Made by a program: the position numbers and the translations under genes
Origin: a bacterium
GTDB lineage: Bacteria; Patescibacteriota; Dojkabacteria; SC72
Length of the DNA stretch: 64,000 nt
Direction: 5' to 3'
Assembly (NCBI GenBank): GCA_021108295.1
Contig: JAIORF010000102.1
Location: forward strand, 7,260 to 71,259
In this document: positions 1-10,218 of the stretch, piece after piece
How positions within the stretch are numbered: the stretch's first letter is position 1
Layout of the letters: every line of letters begins with the position of its first letter
Notes under the pieces: model-generated
Database searches by the model: none
What the model was told of the DNA's origin: nothing
The model's input: only the letters and a program-made list of their open reading frames with translations

Positions 1-1
1 A

Positions 2-2002
2 GGTGATGATATCTTTGATAGTAGTGGGAACGAACATAATGGGGAGATTAACGGTACCAATCTTGCTACTGGTATTGTTGATGGGGTTGTAGGTTATGCT
101 AGAGACTTTAATGGTACAGATGATTATATTATGAGTTCCATAGGTTCTGAATATAATCTTGGTACAGACGATCTCTCTATCTTTATGTGGGTGAAAACTG
201 ATACTGTAGCTACGACACAGACATTTCTCAGCTCGGAGGATAATAGAGCATATTTTGGAATATATGACAGTAAATGGGATATGGGGATTGCTACCAGCGA
301 TTGGAATACTGGTGGTGCAAATATTACAGCAACAACAGACTGGACACATGTGGGTATTGTATTTGATAGTGGTTCTAGTATGGCGAGACTCTATATTGAT
401 GGTGTATATAGTTTTAGTAAGTCATATAGTGAGTACTCTCTACCTGCTGGTTGGACAGTTGGCTCTCTTGGGGATCATTCATCATACTTCTTTGATGGAA
501 AGATTGATGATTTACGAATTTATGCTAATGGAATATCAGAATCCGATATATATGCTATGTACTCTATGGGTAAATACGATAGGTCGACAAATTCTATTGG
601 TAGTGTAGATATTAGTAATGAGAGTATGCTTCCCTTTTGGGTAGCCAGTGATGAACTGGGGACTAATATGGAGCTGATATATGGAGAGAGTAGGTATGCT
701 AATTATGAAATAGACAGTGATACAGAAGGGTTTTGGCATATGGACGAAGAGCATAATAATACATGTAGTGGTGGGACTAATGATGTTTGTGATAGTAGTG
801 ATAATGGTTGTGATGGTGCTATCCCAAGTGATGCTAGCACAGTAGATGGTGTATACGGAAAGGCTAGGAGTTTTGGTGAGAGTGATGATGTAGTTAATCT
901 GGGGGACCAAAATTTGGTAGATAATAATGCTAACTTTACGATAAGTTCTTGGATTTATACAAATTCTACAGACTTGGCCTACCATAGTGTTTTCCAAGAG
1001 GAGCTAGTGGCTTCTGTTGGACAGTATGGTACGCAGGTGGCAGTTCGCTTAAGTGGTAATGGATCGACTTGGACCCATACTTCAAACGTTTTGGGTAATC
1101 TTGAGGTGGGAATGTGGCACTACGTAGTGTGTGTAAAAGAGGGTGCTTCTCTACGAGTATATATTGATGGGGTTTTGGCAGGTGCTATGTCTGCTCCCGA
1201 AACTTTGTGGTCAACTACAGGTGATAATTTGATTGGTGGTGCTGCTAATGATCAGATATGGGATGGTATGCTTGATGAGGTTCGTATAGATGCTGTTGTT
1301 CGTAGTGCTGATGATATTCGTCAAGCGTATGAAATAGGGAGTAGGACATATCCAATCACTGTGAATTTTAAAGCAGATCTTCAAAGTGGTAATCTCATTA
1401 CAGGGAGTGGTGATACATCTTTTAGTATAGATGAGAGATCACATAATAGTACGTCATATATTGAACATATAGATGTAGGGGAGACAATTGTTGTAAAAGA
1501 AAACTACGGTGGTACTACATACATAGCTCAGGGGGAGATAGCTAGTGTAAACACGAGTACAGGAGCTTCTACAGTAGGTTCTTGGGATAGTAGTAGTACA
1601 TTTCCTGTTGGTGGGTTTACAGTAGAAGCTACCGTATTTAAGTGGCAAAGAGAATATGTTGATATAAGGTATTTGTTGGATGAGGATAGTAATGCTGTGA
1701 CGGATTTTACATTAAGAAGAACAACGAGTGTAGGAGCTAGTCTTTGGTTAGATGACATTAGGAGAGCTTCTTACTTTGGAGATTCTAGTGGAGCTACATT
1801 TACACAAGTTGAAGATATTCAGTATGTACAATATGAGTCTATATTCACAAAGTGGGATAGTAATCCTAATCTAAATCTATATCTTACCCAAGTAGACATT
1901 GACTACACTAGAGATGGGCCTACCACAGAGCAGATAATGAGACATGGTAAGTGGTTTAATGATGGAGAAATACAAGATCTCTGGTGGGCAGGTGATGAAT
2001 GA
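2..2002 (+). CDS. Large surface protein with LamG/concanavalin-like domains (5'-partial)
   Basis: Frame is open from position 2. Two LamG-like repeats (WTHVGIVFD..LYIDG..FDGKIDDLRIY; WHYVVCV..VYIDG..WDGMLDEVRI). Confidence 0.8.
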   Translation, partial: GDDIFDSSGNEHNGEINGTNLATGIVDGVVGYARDFNGTDDYIMSSIGSEYNLGTDDLSIFMWVKTDTVATTQTFLSSEDNRAYFGIYDSKWDMGIATSDWNTGGANITATTDWTHVGIVFDSGSSMARLYIDGVYSFSKSYSEYSLPAGWTVGSLGDHSSYFFDGKIDDLRIYANGISESDIYAMYSMGKYDRSTNSIGSVDISNESMLPFWVASDELGTNMELIYGESRYANYEIDSDTEGFWHMDEEHNNTCSGGTNDVCDSSDNGCDGAIPSDASTVDGVYGKARSFGESDDVVNLGDQNLVDNNANFTISSWIYTNSTDLAYHSVFQEELVASVGQYGTQVAVRLSGNGSTWTHTSNVLGNLEVGMWHYVVCVKEGASLRVYIDGVLAGAMSAPETLWSTTGDNLIGGAANDQIWDGMLDEVRIDAVVRSADDIRQAYEIGSRTYPITVNFKADLQSGNLITGSGDTSFSIDERSHNSTSYIEHIDVGETIVVKENYGGTTYIAQGEIASVNTSTGASTVGSWDSSSTFPVGGFTVEATVFKWQREYVDIRYLLDEDSNAVTDFTLRRTTSVGASLWLDDIRRASYFGDSSGATFTQVEDIQYVQYESIFTKWDSNPNLNLYLTQVDIDYTRDGPTTEQIMRHGKWFNDGEIQDLWWAGDE

Positions 2003-2026
2003 TTGTAAATTAATATTGTTAAGTAT

Positions 2027-2641
2027 ATGGAATTTGCAAAAGATATTGTAAAGAGTAATAAAAAGATACTGCTTCTGACATTGGGTTTACTAGTTATGTC
2101 TGTAGTAGGGATATTCTTTATGAATAGTGATGTCGTAAGTCCAACTCCTATAGTGATCGGACTGTATAGCCAACCAGAAGCTATGATAGAGAAAGGGGTT
2201 GATTATCAAGCAATAATAAAAACCATATATGGTGATATTGAGGTAGAGCTGTATGAAGAAGAATCCCCAAATGCTGTAAATAGTTTTATCTTTCTAGCAA
2301 AAAAGAACTTCTATAACGACCTTACCTTCCATAAGGTAATTAAGGACTTTGTGATACAAGCTGGAGATCATCTAGGAGACGGTAATGGTAATCCAGGATA
2401 TGTATTGGAGAGTGATGTAAATGATATAGAGATGAAAGAATACTCTATGTCTATGGTGAATGGAAGTCAATTCTTCATAGTTCCTAGTGGTGGAGATACT
2501 TCTCAACTTGGAGGATATGTTGTAATGGGTAGGGTAATTAGTGGATTTGCGGTTGTTGATGTGATAGAGAAAGTTGTAGTAGATGGATATACACCACGCA
2601 ATGATGTGACTATAAGCTCTATACTTATTGTTGAGAAATAG
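2027..2641 (+). CDS. Membrane-anchored cyclophilin-type peptidyl-prolyl isomerase
   Basis: N-terminal TM segment; GDIEVELY..SPNAVNSF..FY..TFHKVIKDFVIQAGD..GSQFFI. Confidence 0.85.
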   Translation: MEFAKDIVKSNKKILLLTLGLLVMSVVGIFFMNSDVVSPTPIVIGLYSQPEAMIEKGVDYQAIIKTIYGDIEVELYEEESPNAVNSFIFLAKKNFYNDLTFHKVIKDFVIQAGDHLGDGNGNPGYVLESDVNDIEMKEYSMSMVNGSQFFIVPSGGDTSQLGGYVVMGRVISGFAVVDVIEKVVVDGYTPRNDVTISSILIVEK

Positions 2642-2645
2642 CTGG

Positions 2646-2678
2646 GTTCATCGAAAGTTCATAACTGCTTGTTAAAAT
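2646..2678 (+). promoter_or_regulatory. GTTCAT-N5-GTTCAT direct repeat plus extended -10 upstream of comEA
   Basis: GTTCATcgaaaGTTCAT-N10-TAAAAT; same spacing upstream of dprA and radC. Confidence 0.75.
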
Positions 2679-2684
2679 GTAGTT

Positions 2685-3401
2685 ATGGATCAACAAAAAG
2701 ATAAAAACTTTCTAATATTCCTCTTAGTATCTTTTGTAGTTGGTTTTTTAGTGGGTGTATGTGTAGTATTACTGTTTTTTCCAGAGCCAATTTGTGAATG
2801 TGATGAGTTACAGGTTGCGGAACAAGAGGGAGAGTCCACTGTAGATGTTGTAGGAGAGAAAGAAGGGATTGTAGACGAAAAGGATACATTAGGCAAGAGT
2901 GTTTCACTCCCAGTATCACAGTGTAGTGTCATTGTCGATATCGCTGGTGCAGTAGAGTCTCCGGGTGTTTACTGCCTTGAAGAGGGTAGTACTATCATAG
3001 ACGCTGTTTATCAGGCGAAAGGGTTCACTAAAGGTATTGCTCAAAAATTTGTATCAATGAGTATGAACTTGTCATCTTCGCTCAGTGATCATCAGAAAAT
3101 ATATATACCTTTTCAAGAGGATGTATATTGTGAGATAAAGAGTTTACAATATATTGATAAAGTCGCAAACACTGGTAGCACGGCAAATAGTGGAGGTGAT
3201 ACTACTGGTAGTACTACTACATGTGTGAATATTAATACTGCTAGTATAGAAGAATTAACACAACTAGATGGTATAGGGGAATCTACAGCACAAAAGATTA
3301 TAGATGCGAGACCTTATAGTGAAACATCCGACATTTTAAATGTGAGTGGAATAGGGGAGGCAACCTATGAAAAGTTTAAGGATGACATATGTGTCTATTA
3401 G
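2685..3401 (+). CDS. comEA: Competence DNA receptor ComEA (SLBB + HhH)
   Basis: VDIAGAVESPGVY; VNINTASIEELTQLDGIGESTAQKII. Confidence 0.92.
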   Translation: MDQQKDKNFLIFLLVSFVVGFLVGVCVVLLFFPEPICECDELQVAEQEGESTVDVVGEKEGIVDEKDTLGKSVSLPVSQCSVIVDIAGAVESPGVYCLEEGSTIIDAVYQAKGFTKGIAQKFVSMSMNLSSSLSDHQKIYIPFQEDVYCEIKSLQYIDKVANTGSTANSGGDTTGSTTTCVNINTASIEELTQLDGIGESTAQKIIDARPYSETSDILNVSGIGEATYEKFKDDICVY

Positions 3402-5018
3402 ATGAAGAATGTAATACAAAAATTTATTTATTTGTATAAATGTTCCATACTCATATTTGAATATGTTAGAGATATTCCGATTCTGTCTATTTCCCTTTTT
3501 GCGATTTTCATTGATTGGGTATCTCTGAAAATCTACTACCATTATTTTACAGAGGAGTATGATTTAAGAAAACTGCTTATCTTTATCTCTATTTCTGTAC
3601 TAGTGAACATTGTATGTGTAATTGTCTACTGTGTGGAATTTTCACGGAGGCAAGAAAGGGAGGGTTTGGGTAGTAGAAGTACTGTTCAAATTTTGTTTGT
3701 GTTGGTATTACTACTCTTACGCTTGGTGTTGTGTGTAAGTAAAGACTTCCAGAATGGAGGGGATATTGAAGGTTTCACAGAGGTAAATGAGCCATTCTTT
3801 ATAGAAATTGGGGAGGTGTCTAAGAGCAAGGGGGATAAGCAAGAGATTGTTTTCAAATATGAGGGGGTGAAGGGTATTGGGTATGTAAATTGGTTCGAGA
3901 ATATAAAAATTGGGGATGTGTGTGAGGTGTATGGTGAGCTATCGGTGCCTGAAAACTTTCAAGACTTTGATTATCGAGGGTATCTCAGAAATAAAGATAT
4001 TTTTCTATATGGTAATAGGTTGTGTTTTGGAAAGTGTGAGTACGAGATGAACTATTTCGATATATCTAGTTATGTTCTTTCTCTCAAGAGAGCTCTTAGG
4101 GAGTTTAGAGATATTCTAAGTCGGAATATTGATATGAATCTGCCAGAACCACAATCTTCGTTGTTAGTGGGTATATTGTTTGGATCAGAGAGGGCGTTTA
4201 GTGAGGATTTCGAGAATTATTTGCGTATTAGTGGTACTACCCACATTATTGCTGCTTCTGGGTACAATGTGACGATATTAATATTGTTGTGTAGTAGGTT
4301 ATCGGGGTTCTTAAAAAAGAAATCGAGTTTAATATTTTCTCTCGTTGCAATATGGCTGTTTTGTATCTTTAGTGGGTTAGGTGCCTCTATACTTCGTGCT
4401 ACTGTTATGGGCTCTATTACAATATTGGCGTTGATTTCAGGGAATGTTAGGAATATACATATATTGATACCAATGGGTATTCTCATATTAATATTGATTA
4501 ATCCTAAGATTTTGTTTGATATTGGTTTTCAGTTATCAATATTGGCTACATTGGGGTTAGTATATCTTATGCCTAGTATGGCGGAGTGTGTGAAGAGGGT
4601 TTTTGGTATTAAGAAGGTGTTTAGTTGGGTTCAGGACTTCTTTCTTAGTACTCTTAGTTGTACTTTGGCTACACTTCCTGTTTCTATATCAATCTTTGGT
4701 AAGGTTTCCTTAGTGTCTGTATTTGCTAATGTGATAATATTGCCTCTTACTGGCTCTACGATGTTGTATGGTGTTGTAGCATTAGTCTTTTCATTCATAT
4801 CCCGCACTATCGGTCATTATCTATTTTCTATCCCATATTTCCAACTAAAGGTTTTTGAAAAGACAGTTTCTTTCTTTGGTGCTTTGCAGTGGGGTTACAT
4901 TGATGTTGAGAATTCGCTTGTAGGGGTAGTAATTGGTTTGTTTCTTATTTTCTTTTGTATGTATTTTTATCCTACTGACGAGGAGAATTACTATGTTAAA
5001 AAATATTACAGTTTCTAA
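3402..5018 (+). CDS. comEC: ComEC/Rec2 competence channel (membrane domain)
   Basis: Polytopic; SGTTHIIAASGYNV, ASILRATVM, DIGFQLS motifs. Confidence 0.92.
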   Translation: MKNVIQKFIYLYKCSILIFEYVRDIPILSISLFAIFIDWVSLKIYYHYFTEEYDLRKLLIFISISVLVNIVCVIVYCVEFSRRQEREGLGSRSTVQILFVLVLLLLRLVLCVSKDFQNGGDIEGFTEVNEPFFIEIGEVSKSKGDKQEIVFKYEGVKGIGYVNWFENIKIGDVCEVYGELSVPENFQDFDYRGYLRNKDIFLYGNRLCFGKCEYEMNYFDISSYVLSLKRALREFRDILSRNIDMNLPEPQSSLLVGILFGSERAFSEDFENYLRISGTTHIIAASGYNVTILILLCSRLSGFLKKKSSLIFSLVAIWLFCIFSGLGASILRATVMGSITILALISGNVRNIHILIPMGILILILINPKILFDIGFQLSILATLGLVYLMPSMAECVKRVFGIKKVFSWVQDFFLSTLSCTLATLPVSISIFGKVSLVSVFANVIILPLTGSTMLYGVVALVFSFISRTIGHYLFSIPYFQLKVFEKTVSFFGALQWGYIDVENSLVGVVIGLFLIFFCMYFYPTDEENYYVKKYYSF

Positions 5019-5790
5019 GGTATTGAGGATACTAGAGTGTGTAGTGTGGGTCTTTTGTGGTGTATATGTTTTGAGTGTGAGGCAGAGCCATGAGCGTATT
5101 GTAATATTTGATGTAGGGCAGGGGGATAGTATATTGATACAGAAGGGTGATTTTGAAATATTGGTAGATGGTGGGGAGGATGATACGGTGGTGTATAGGA
5201 TGGGGGAGTATATGGAGTGGGATGATAGGGTGATTGATGTTGTAGTTATCACTCATATGCATAGTGATCACTACATGGGTATTAAGTATTTACTTGAGAG
5301 TTACGAGGTAGGGTTATTTGTATTGTCTGTTAATTGTACAGATCTTTGTAGCGAGTTTAGAGAGTTTAATCATATTGATGTGAGTATGGGGGATACTTTG
5401 GAGTATGGTGGTATCCATATTGATATTTTGTGGCCTAGAGTGGGGGAATTGGATAGGAATTTGAATAATGATTCAATTGTAATGTTGGTAGAATGGTTGG
5501 ATAAGAGGGTTTTGTTAATGGGTGATGCTGAAGTAGAGGTTGAGAAACTATTGTTAGAACACTCTAGGTCATATGTTGCTGATATCGATATTCTTAAAGC
5601 AGGGCACCACTGTTCAAAGACTGCGTCTAGCTATGGGTTCCTAATTACGACATCTCCTAAGTTTGCTATTTGTAGTTGTGGAGAGGAGAATAGGTTTGGG
5701 CATCCTCATATTGAGGCATTGGATAATTTTGTAGAGGTGGGTGTCCCATATATTCTTACTTGGGAATATGGTGATTATATTGTAGAATAG
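4993..5790 (+). CDS. ComEC-type metallo-beta-lactamase domain protein, separately encoded
   Basis: DVGQGDSI, THMHSDH, AGHHCS, FGHP; ATG at 4993 follows AGGAG. Confidence 0.85.
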   Translation: MLKNITVSKVLRILECVVWVFCGVYVLSVRQSHERIVIFDVGQGDSILIQKGDFEILVDGGEDDTVVYRMGEYMEWDDRVIDVVVITHMHSDHYMGIKYLLESYEVGLFVLSVNCTDLCSEFREFNHIDVSMGDTLEYGGIHIDILWPRVGELDRNLNNDSIVMLVEWLDKRVLLMGDAEVEVEKLLLEHSRSYVADIDILKAGHHCSKTASSYGFLITTSPKFAICSCGEENRFGHPHIEALDNFVEVGVPYILTWEYGDYIVE

Positions 5791-5799
5791 CAATATTAA

Positions 5800-5873
5800 G
5801 TACCTGTAGCTCAACTGGATAGAGCATTGGTTTGCGGAACCAAAGGTTGTCGGTTCGATTCCGGCCAGGTACG
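5800..5873 (+). tRNA. tRNA-Arg(GCG)
   Basis: Acceptor gtacctg/caggtac; anticodon arm ttggt-ttGCGga-accaa; T-loop GTTCGA; CCA not encoded. Confidence 0.92.
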
Positions 5874-5901
5874 TATTGTGATAGAATGTTCAATATCCTA
5901 A

Positions 5902-5975
5902 GCACCCGTAGCTTAACTGGATAGAGCATCGGTCTTCGGAACCGAGGGTTGAGGGTTCGACTCCTTCCGGGTGCG
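5902..5975 (+). tRNA. tRNA-Arg(UCG)
   Basis: Acceptor gcacccg/cgggtgc; anticodon arm tcggt-ctTCGga-accga. Confidence 0.92.
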
Positions 5976-5998
5976 TATATATATGCTAAAATGTTCAT

Positions 5999-7792
5999 AT
6001 GATTAAAACTACAATACAAGACCTCATAATCCAGTCTCTTTCGAATCTTGATATTGAGATTGATATTAAAGACCTTGTAGTAGAACAAACAAACGATTTC
6101 TCAAATGGGGATTACACTACTAATGTAGCGATGAGATTGGCTTCTAAGGGAGATAAAAGTCCTAGAGAGATAGCACAAAGTATAGTAGATAGCCTAGAGA
6201 AAACTCTTGATATTGAGAAAGTTGAGGTAGCAGGCCCCGGCTTTATTAACTTCTTCCTTTCTACTGCATATCTACAAGGAGAGATTAAGAAAATATTGGA
6301 TATGGGAGGAGTAGAATACCTTAAATCTGGCACTAAAGAGGGTAAAGATATCTTAATTGAGTACACAGACCCCAATCCATTCAAAATGATGCATGTGGGT
6401 CATCTATACACCAATATTGTAGGAGAATCCTTCTCAAGACTACAAGAAGCTACAGGGGCTAATGTGAAGAGGGCTAATTACCAAGGAGATGTAGGGCTTC
6501 ATGTTGCTAAAACTATGTGGGGAATTGAGAAGAAACTTAAGGAAGAGAGCCTATTGTTTAAAGATATTGGAAAGTTATCTCTTTTTGATAGGGTTGAATG
6601 GCTAGGCAAAGCATATCAGTTAGGATCTGAGTACTATGACGAGTTAGAGGATGAGGAAGCTATAGAGAAAATTCAGGATATTAACTACTATCTATATCAA
6701 ATCTGCTATCCTTCAATTCCCCAGAAAGATTTTAAAGGGCTAGAGAATCTGGGGGTGAGTGAATGGTATGTAGAGGGTCGTAAGTGGTGCTTAGAGTACT
6801 TTGAGGAGATATATGAGACTCTTGGTACTAAGTTTGATTACTACTTTTTTGAAGGAGAAGTAGGTGAGCAGGGATACAAAATGGTTTTAGAGAATATTGG
6901 TAATGGGATATTTAAGAAAGATGATGGTGCAATTATCTATGAAGGAGATCCAGATAAAGGACTTCATACACGAGTCTTTGTTAATCAGTTTGGTCTACCG
7001 ACCTATGAGGCAAAAGAGCTGGGGCTGGCAAAGAGTAAAAGTTCTAAGGGTAAGTGGGACGAGTCGATTATGATTACAGGAATGGAACAAATGCCTTATT
7101 TCAAAGTGGTATTGGACGCCCTTGGCAAACTCCTCCCCGAGATTGCTAAAGTGTCTAGGCATACTCCCCATGGCTTGATAGTGCTTCCTGGAATGAAGAA
7201 AATGTCTAGTAGGAAAGGTGAGATTATTAATGCAGAAGATCTCCTATCTATAGCAAAAGAGTCTGTAGCTAGTTTGATGAAAGAGAATGGGAAAGTAAAG
7301 GGTGAGGATATTGATGATTTAGCTCAGAAGATTGCTATGTCTGCTATTAAATACGCCTTTCTACGGGTTTCTGTAGGCAAGAACATTGTGTTTGATCTAA
7401 GTAAAGATATTGCGTTTGATGGAGATACTGGTCCGTATCTGATGTATGTCTACACCAGAGCTGTGTCTATTATTAATTCCTGCAAGGTAGAGTATGATAG
7501 TTCTTCGTGTTCCGAGAAGAAGGTGAAGAGTGTCGAGGTAGTAGAGCTTATGAGGTATATTGGCAAGGCCCAAGAAGTAGTGCTTAACGCCTCTACTAAC
7601 TATTCTCCTAGTACGATATGTACATATTTGTTTGAATTGGGTCAAAGTTTCAATAGATTTTATCAAAATGTAAATGTTCTGAACGCTGAGGAAGAGGATC
7701 AAAAGTTTTTACTTGCTTTAGTGGATGCTACTGCACAAATCATGAGTGCTGGACTCAATCTACTAGGTATTACTACTGTTAGTAGGATGTAA
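5999..7792 (+). CDS. argS: Arginine--tRNA ligase
   Basis: GDYTTNVAM, AGPGFINF, PNPFKMMHVGH (HIGH), KMSSRKG, GDTGPYLMY. Confidence 0.96.
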   Translation: MIKTTIQDLIIQSLSNLDIEIDIKDLVVEQTNDFSNGDYTTNVAMRLASKGDKSPREIAQSIVDSLEKTLDIEKVEVAGPGFINFFLSTAYLQGEIKKILDMGGVEYLKSGTKEGKDILIEYTDPNPFKMMHVGHLYTNIVGESFSRLQEATGANVKRANYQGDVGLHVAKTMWGIEKKLKEESLLFKDIGKLSLFDRVEWLGKAYQLGSEYYDELEDEEAIEKIQDINYYLYQICYPSIPQKDFKGLENLGVSEWYVEGRKWCLEYFEEIYETLGTKFDYYFFEGEVGEQGYKMVLENIGNGIFKKDDGAIIYEGDPDKGLHTRVFVNQFGLPTYEAKELGLAKSKSSKGKWDESIMITGMEQMPYFKVVLDALGKLLPEIAKVSRHTPHGLIVLPGMKKMSSRKGEIINAEDLLSIAKESVASLMKENGKVKGEDIDDLAQKIAMSAIKYAFLRVSVGKNIVFDLSKDIAFDGDTGPYLMYVYTRAVSIINSCKVEYDSSSCSEKKVKSVEVVELMRYIGKAQEVVLNASTNYSPSTICTYLFELGQSFNRFYQNVNVLNAEEEDQKFLLALVDATAQIMSAGLNLLGITTVSRM

Positions 7793-8779
7793 TTGACCAC
7801 AAGCTCCACCAATATCACTACCCATTGAGCGTCTAGTTGTTGTGTTAATACCCCTGTTCTCAAGGACTTTCCTAAATCGGTCTACTGTATTGTTTGAAGA
7901 AGCCTCGTAATCAATATCTTTGTATGTATTAAATTTGATGAGATTTACAAAGGCTAATCTCTTGTAGAGTAGTTGTGAGAGTTCAATTGCATGCTCAGGT
8001 TGATCATTTATGCCTTTGATCAAGGTATATTCGTATGTGATACGCTTGTTGTAAGTATCTTCGTACCAGGTAGCAAACTCCATAAGTTGTTCTAGAGGGT
8101 ATAGTTTGGAGATTGTTGACATAATTGAAGCACGCAGTTTTTGGTTGGGTGCATGTAGACTGATAGCGAGTCGTGGAATGTATCCTTTACTAAAGAATTC
8201 TTTGAGCTGTGGAACATAGCCTACTGTGGAGATTGTTACATGTCTAATTCCTATACTCAGTTTGTCCATATTATTGACAATATCTATTGATTTCTCAATG
8301 TTTGTAAGGTTAAGCATAGGTTCGCCCATACCCATATATACGAGATTTGTGACTCTTCTGCCTTTAGGTACAAGCATTCTCTGGAAATGGAGTATCTGAT
8401 CTACAATCTCCCTATAGGTTAGATTGCGGTGGAAGCCCATTTTCCCAGTAGCGCAGAAGGAACAGCCTACAGGGCAACCACTCATACAGCTTACACATAC
8501 TGAGTTTCTACCGTCGCTGTATTGCATTAATACAGCCTCAATATCGAAACCATCCTTAGTTTTGAATTCCGTCTTGATAGTCTTCCCATCTGAGGAATGG
8601 TTATCCTTGATATGGGTCAAAGTAGAGAACTCGACTTCTTGTTTGAGTAATTCTCTTAACTCTTTGGACCAAGTAGAGAGTTTGTCGAATGAAGGGATAG
8701 CTTGTTTGTAGTATTGGTTGTTAAACTGGTCTATTTTGTATTTAGGGAGATTGTGTGTATTTGCAAAGTGTTCAATCAT
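7763..8779 (-). CDS. rlmN: RlmN/Cfr-family radical SAM rRNA methyltransferase
   Basis: CPVGCSFCATG, MGMGEP, SLHA, GACGQL; likely start MIEHF at 8779. Confidence 0.92.
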   Translation of the reverse strand: MIEHFANTHNLPKYKIDQFNNQYYKQAIPSFDKLSTWSKELRELLKQEVEFSTLTHIKDNHSSDGKTIKTEFKTKDGFDIEAVLMQYSDGRNSVCVSCMSGCPVGCSFCATGKMGFHRNLTYREIVDQILHFQRMLVPKGRRVTNLVYMGMGEPMLNLTNIEKSIDIVNNMDKLSIGIRHVTISTVGYVPQLKEFFSKGYIPRLAISLHAPNQKLRASIMSTISKLYPLEQLMEFATWYEDTYNKRITYEYTLIKGINDQPEHAIELSQLLYKRLAFVNLIKFNTYKDIDYEASSNNTVDRFRKVLENRGINTTTRRSMGSDIGGACGQLHPTNSSNT

Positions 8780-8820
8780 GGTTGTATTATATATCAATAT
8801 TATTTCTAAACATACTGTCT

Positions 8821-10218
8821 ATGATGTTTGATAAGAAACAGGACACAAGTGATCCATATCATTCTGGATATATTGCTCCTAAGGGTTGGCAACCGAAAAA
8901 TCCCGATGAGGATTATGTAATATCCCTTTTGGATATTGAACTATCTGATGGTATTGGTATGGATAAATTTGAGACTGCTGTGGCTGCTTGTGCAGCAGAG
9001 AGTTCTACTGGTACATGGACTAAGGTCTATGATGGGAAGGATAGTGGGGTGAAGATGGCAGAGAAAATGAGGGCTGTAGCGTTTGATTTGGATCCTCAGA
9101 CAAAGACCTTTAAGATTGCTTACAAGAAGGAGCTGTTTGAGACAGGAAATCTCTCTGGTTTACTTGCAGGTGTTGTTGGTAATATCGATGGTATGAAGAT
9201 GCTAAAGGCTTTTAGGTGTCTTGATGTGAGATTCCCAAGAGAATGGGTAGAGTCTATGCCAGGTCCTGCATTTGGTATAGATGATATGAGGGATTTGTTA
9301 GGGATTCCTACTGGCCCTATCCTTTGTACTGTACCTAAGCCAAAGGTTGGTAGGACTGCTAAGGAACAGGCTAATCTTGCTAAGATATTGTTCACAGCAG
9401 CGGATGGTGAGTATCAGGGTATTAAGGATGATGAGAACTTAACTAGTTTACATTTTAGTAAGTTTGAGGATAGGGTGGAGGAGATACACAAGGTGAGAAA
9501 GGATATTGAGGGAAAGACTGGTAAAAAGAAGTTCTATCTTTGTAATGTGACGCATAGCAATATTGATGTGATGTTAGAAAGAGCTGAGATGATTAAGTCT
9601 GCTGGTGGTAGGTGGATGATGATGGATGTTGTTGTTACTGGATTTAGTGCAGTTCATACCATGAGGTTAAAGAATCCTGGTTTAGCTATACATGCACATA
9701 GGGCAATGCATAGTTTGTTTGATAGAGAGAGTGGTCCGGGTGTGTATGATATGGGTGAAATTAAGGATTTTTCAATGTCTATGATTGTGATTGCTAAATT
9801 GATGCGTTTACTTGGTGTTGACGCACTTCATGGTGGTGCTCCTAAGACTAAGATGGAGAACTATGGAGAGCCAAAGCTTATCAAAGATGCTTTGCAGGCG
9901 GATAATACGCCATCTTCTAGTATGACTCTGGGACAGAATTGGTTTGGTATGAAGCCAGTATGGCATGTTGCTTCTGGGGGTTTACACCCTGGCTCTTTGG
10001 AAGAAGTGATTAAACAGTTAGGTGAAGATATCATGATACAGTGTGGTGGTGGAGTGTTGGGTCATCCATGGGGCATAGAGGCTGGTGTGGAGGCTGTAGT
10101 GCAGGCTAGAGACCTTTCAATGAGTAGGGTGGATATGAAGGGTTGGATAGTGGAAAATCCTGATAGTGCTTTGGCTAAGGCTGCTCAACATTGGGGGTTT
10201 GATCCAAGGATTGTATAG
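8821..10218 (+). CDS. rbcL: RuBisCO large subunit, form III-like
   Basis: AESSTGTW, GN, KPK, KDDE, HAHRAMH, ALH, TKME, SGG, QCGGG..GHP; likely start at 8821. Confidence 0.9.
   Translation: MMFDKKQDTSDPYHSGYIAPKGWQPKNPDEDYVISLLDIELSDGIGMDKFETAVAACAAESSTGTWTKVYDGKDSGVKMAEKMRAVAFDLDPQTKTFKIAYKKELFETGNLSGLLAGVVGNIDGMKMLKAFRCLDVRFPREWVESMPGPAFGIDDMRDLLGIPTGPILCTVPKPKVGRTAKEQANLAKILFTAADGEYQGIKDDENLTSLHFSKFEDRVEEIHKVRKDIEGKTGKKKFYLCNVTHSNIDVMLERAEMIKSAGGRWMMMDVVVTGFSAVHTMRLKNPGLAIHAHRAMHSLFDRESGPGVYDMGEIKDFSMSMIVIAKLMRLLGVDALHGGAPKTKMENYGEPKLIKDALQADNTPSSSMTLGQNWFGMKPVWHVASGGLHPGSLEEVIKQLGEDIMIQCGGGVLGHPWGIEAGVEAVVQARDLSMSRVDMKGWIVENPDSALAKAAQHWGFDPRIV

Noticed and set aside
4933-5018. comEC/MBL split as a frameshift pseudogene
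   Set aside because: The downstream ORF has its own SD, ATG and N-terminal hydrophobic segment; split ComEC is a known arrangement.
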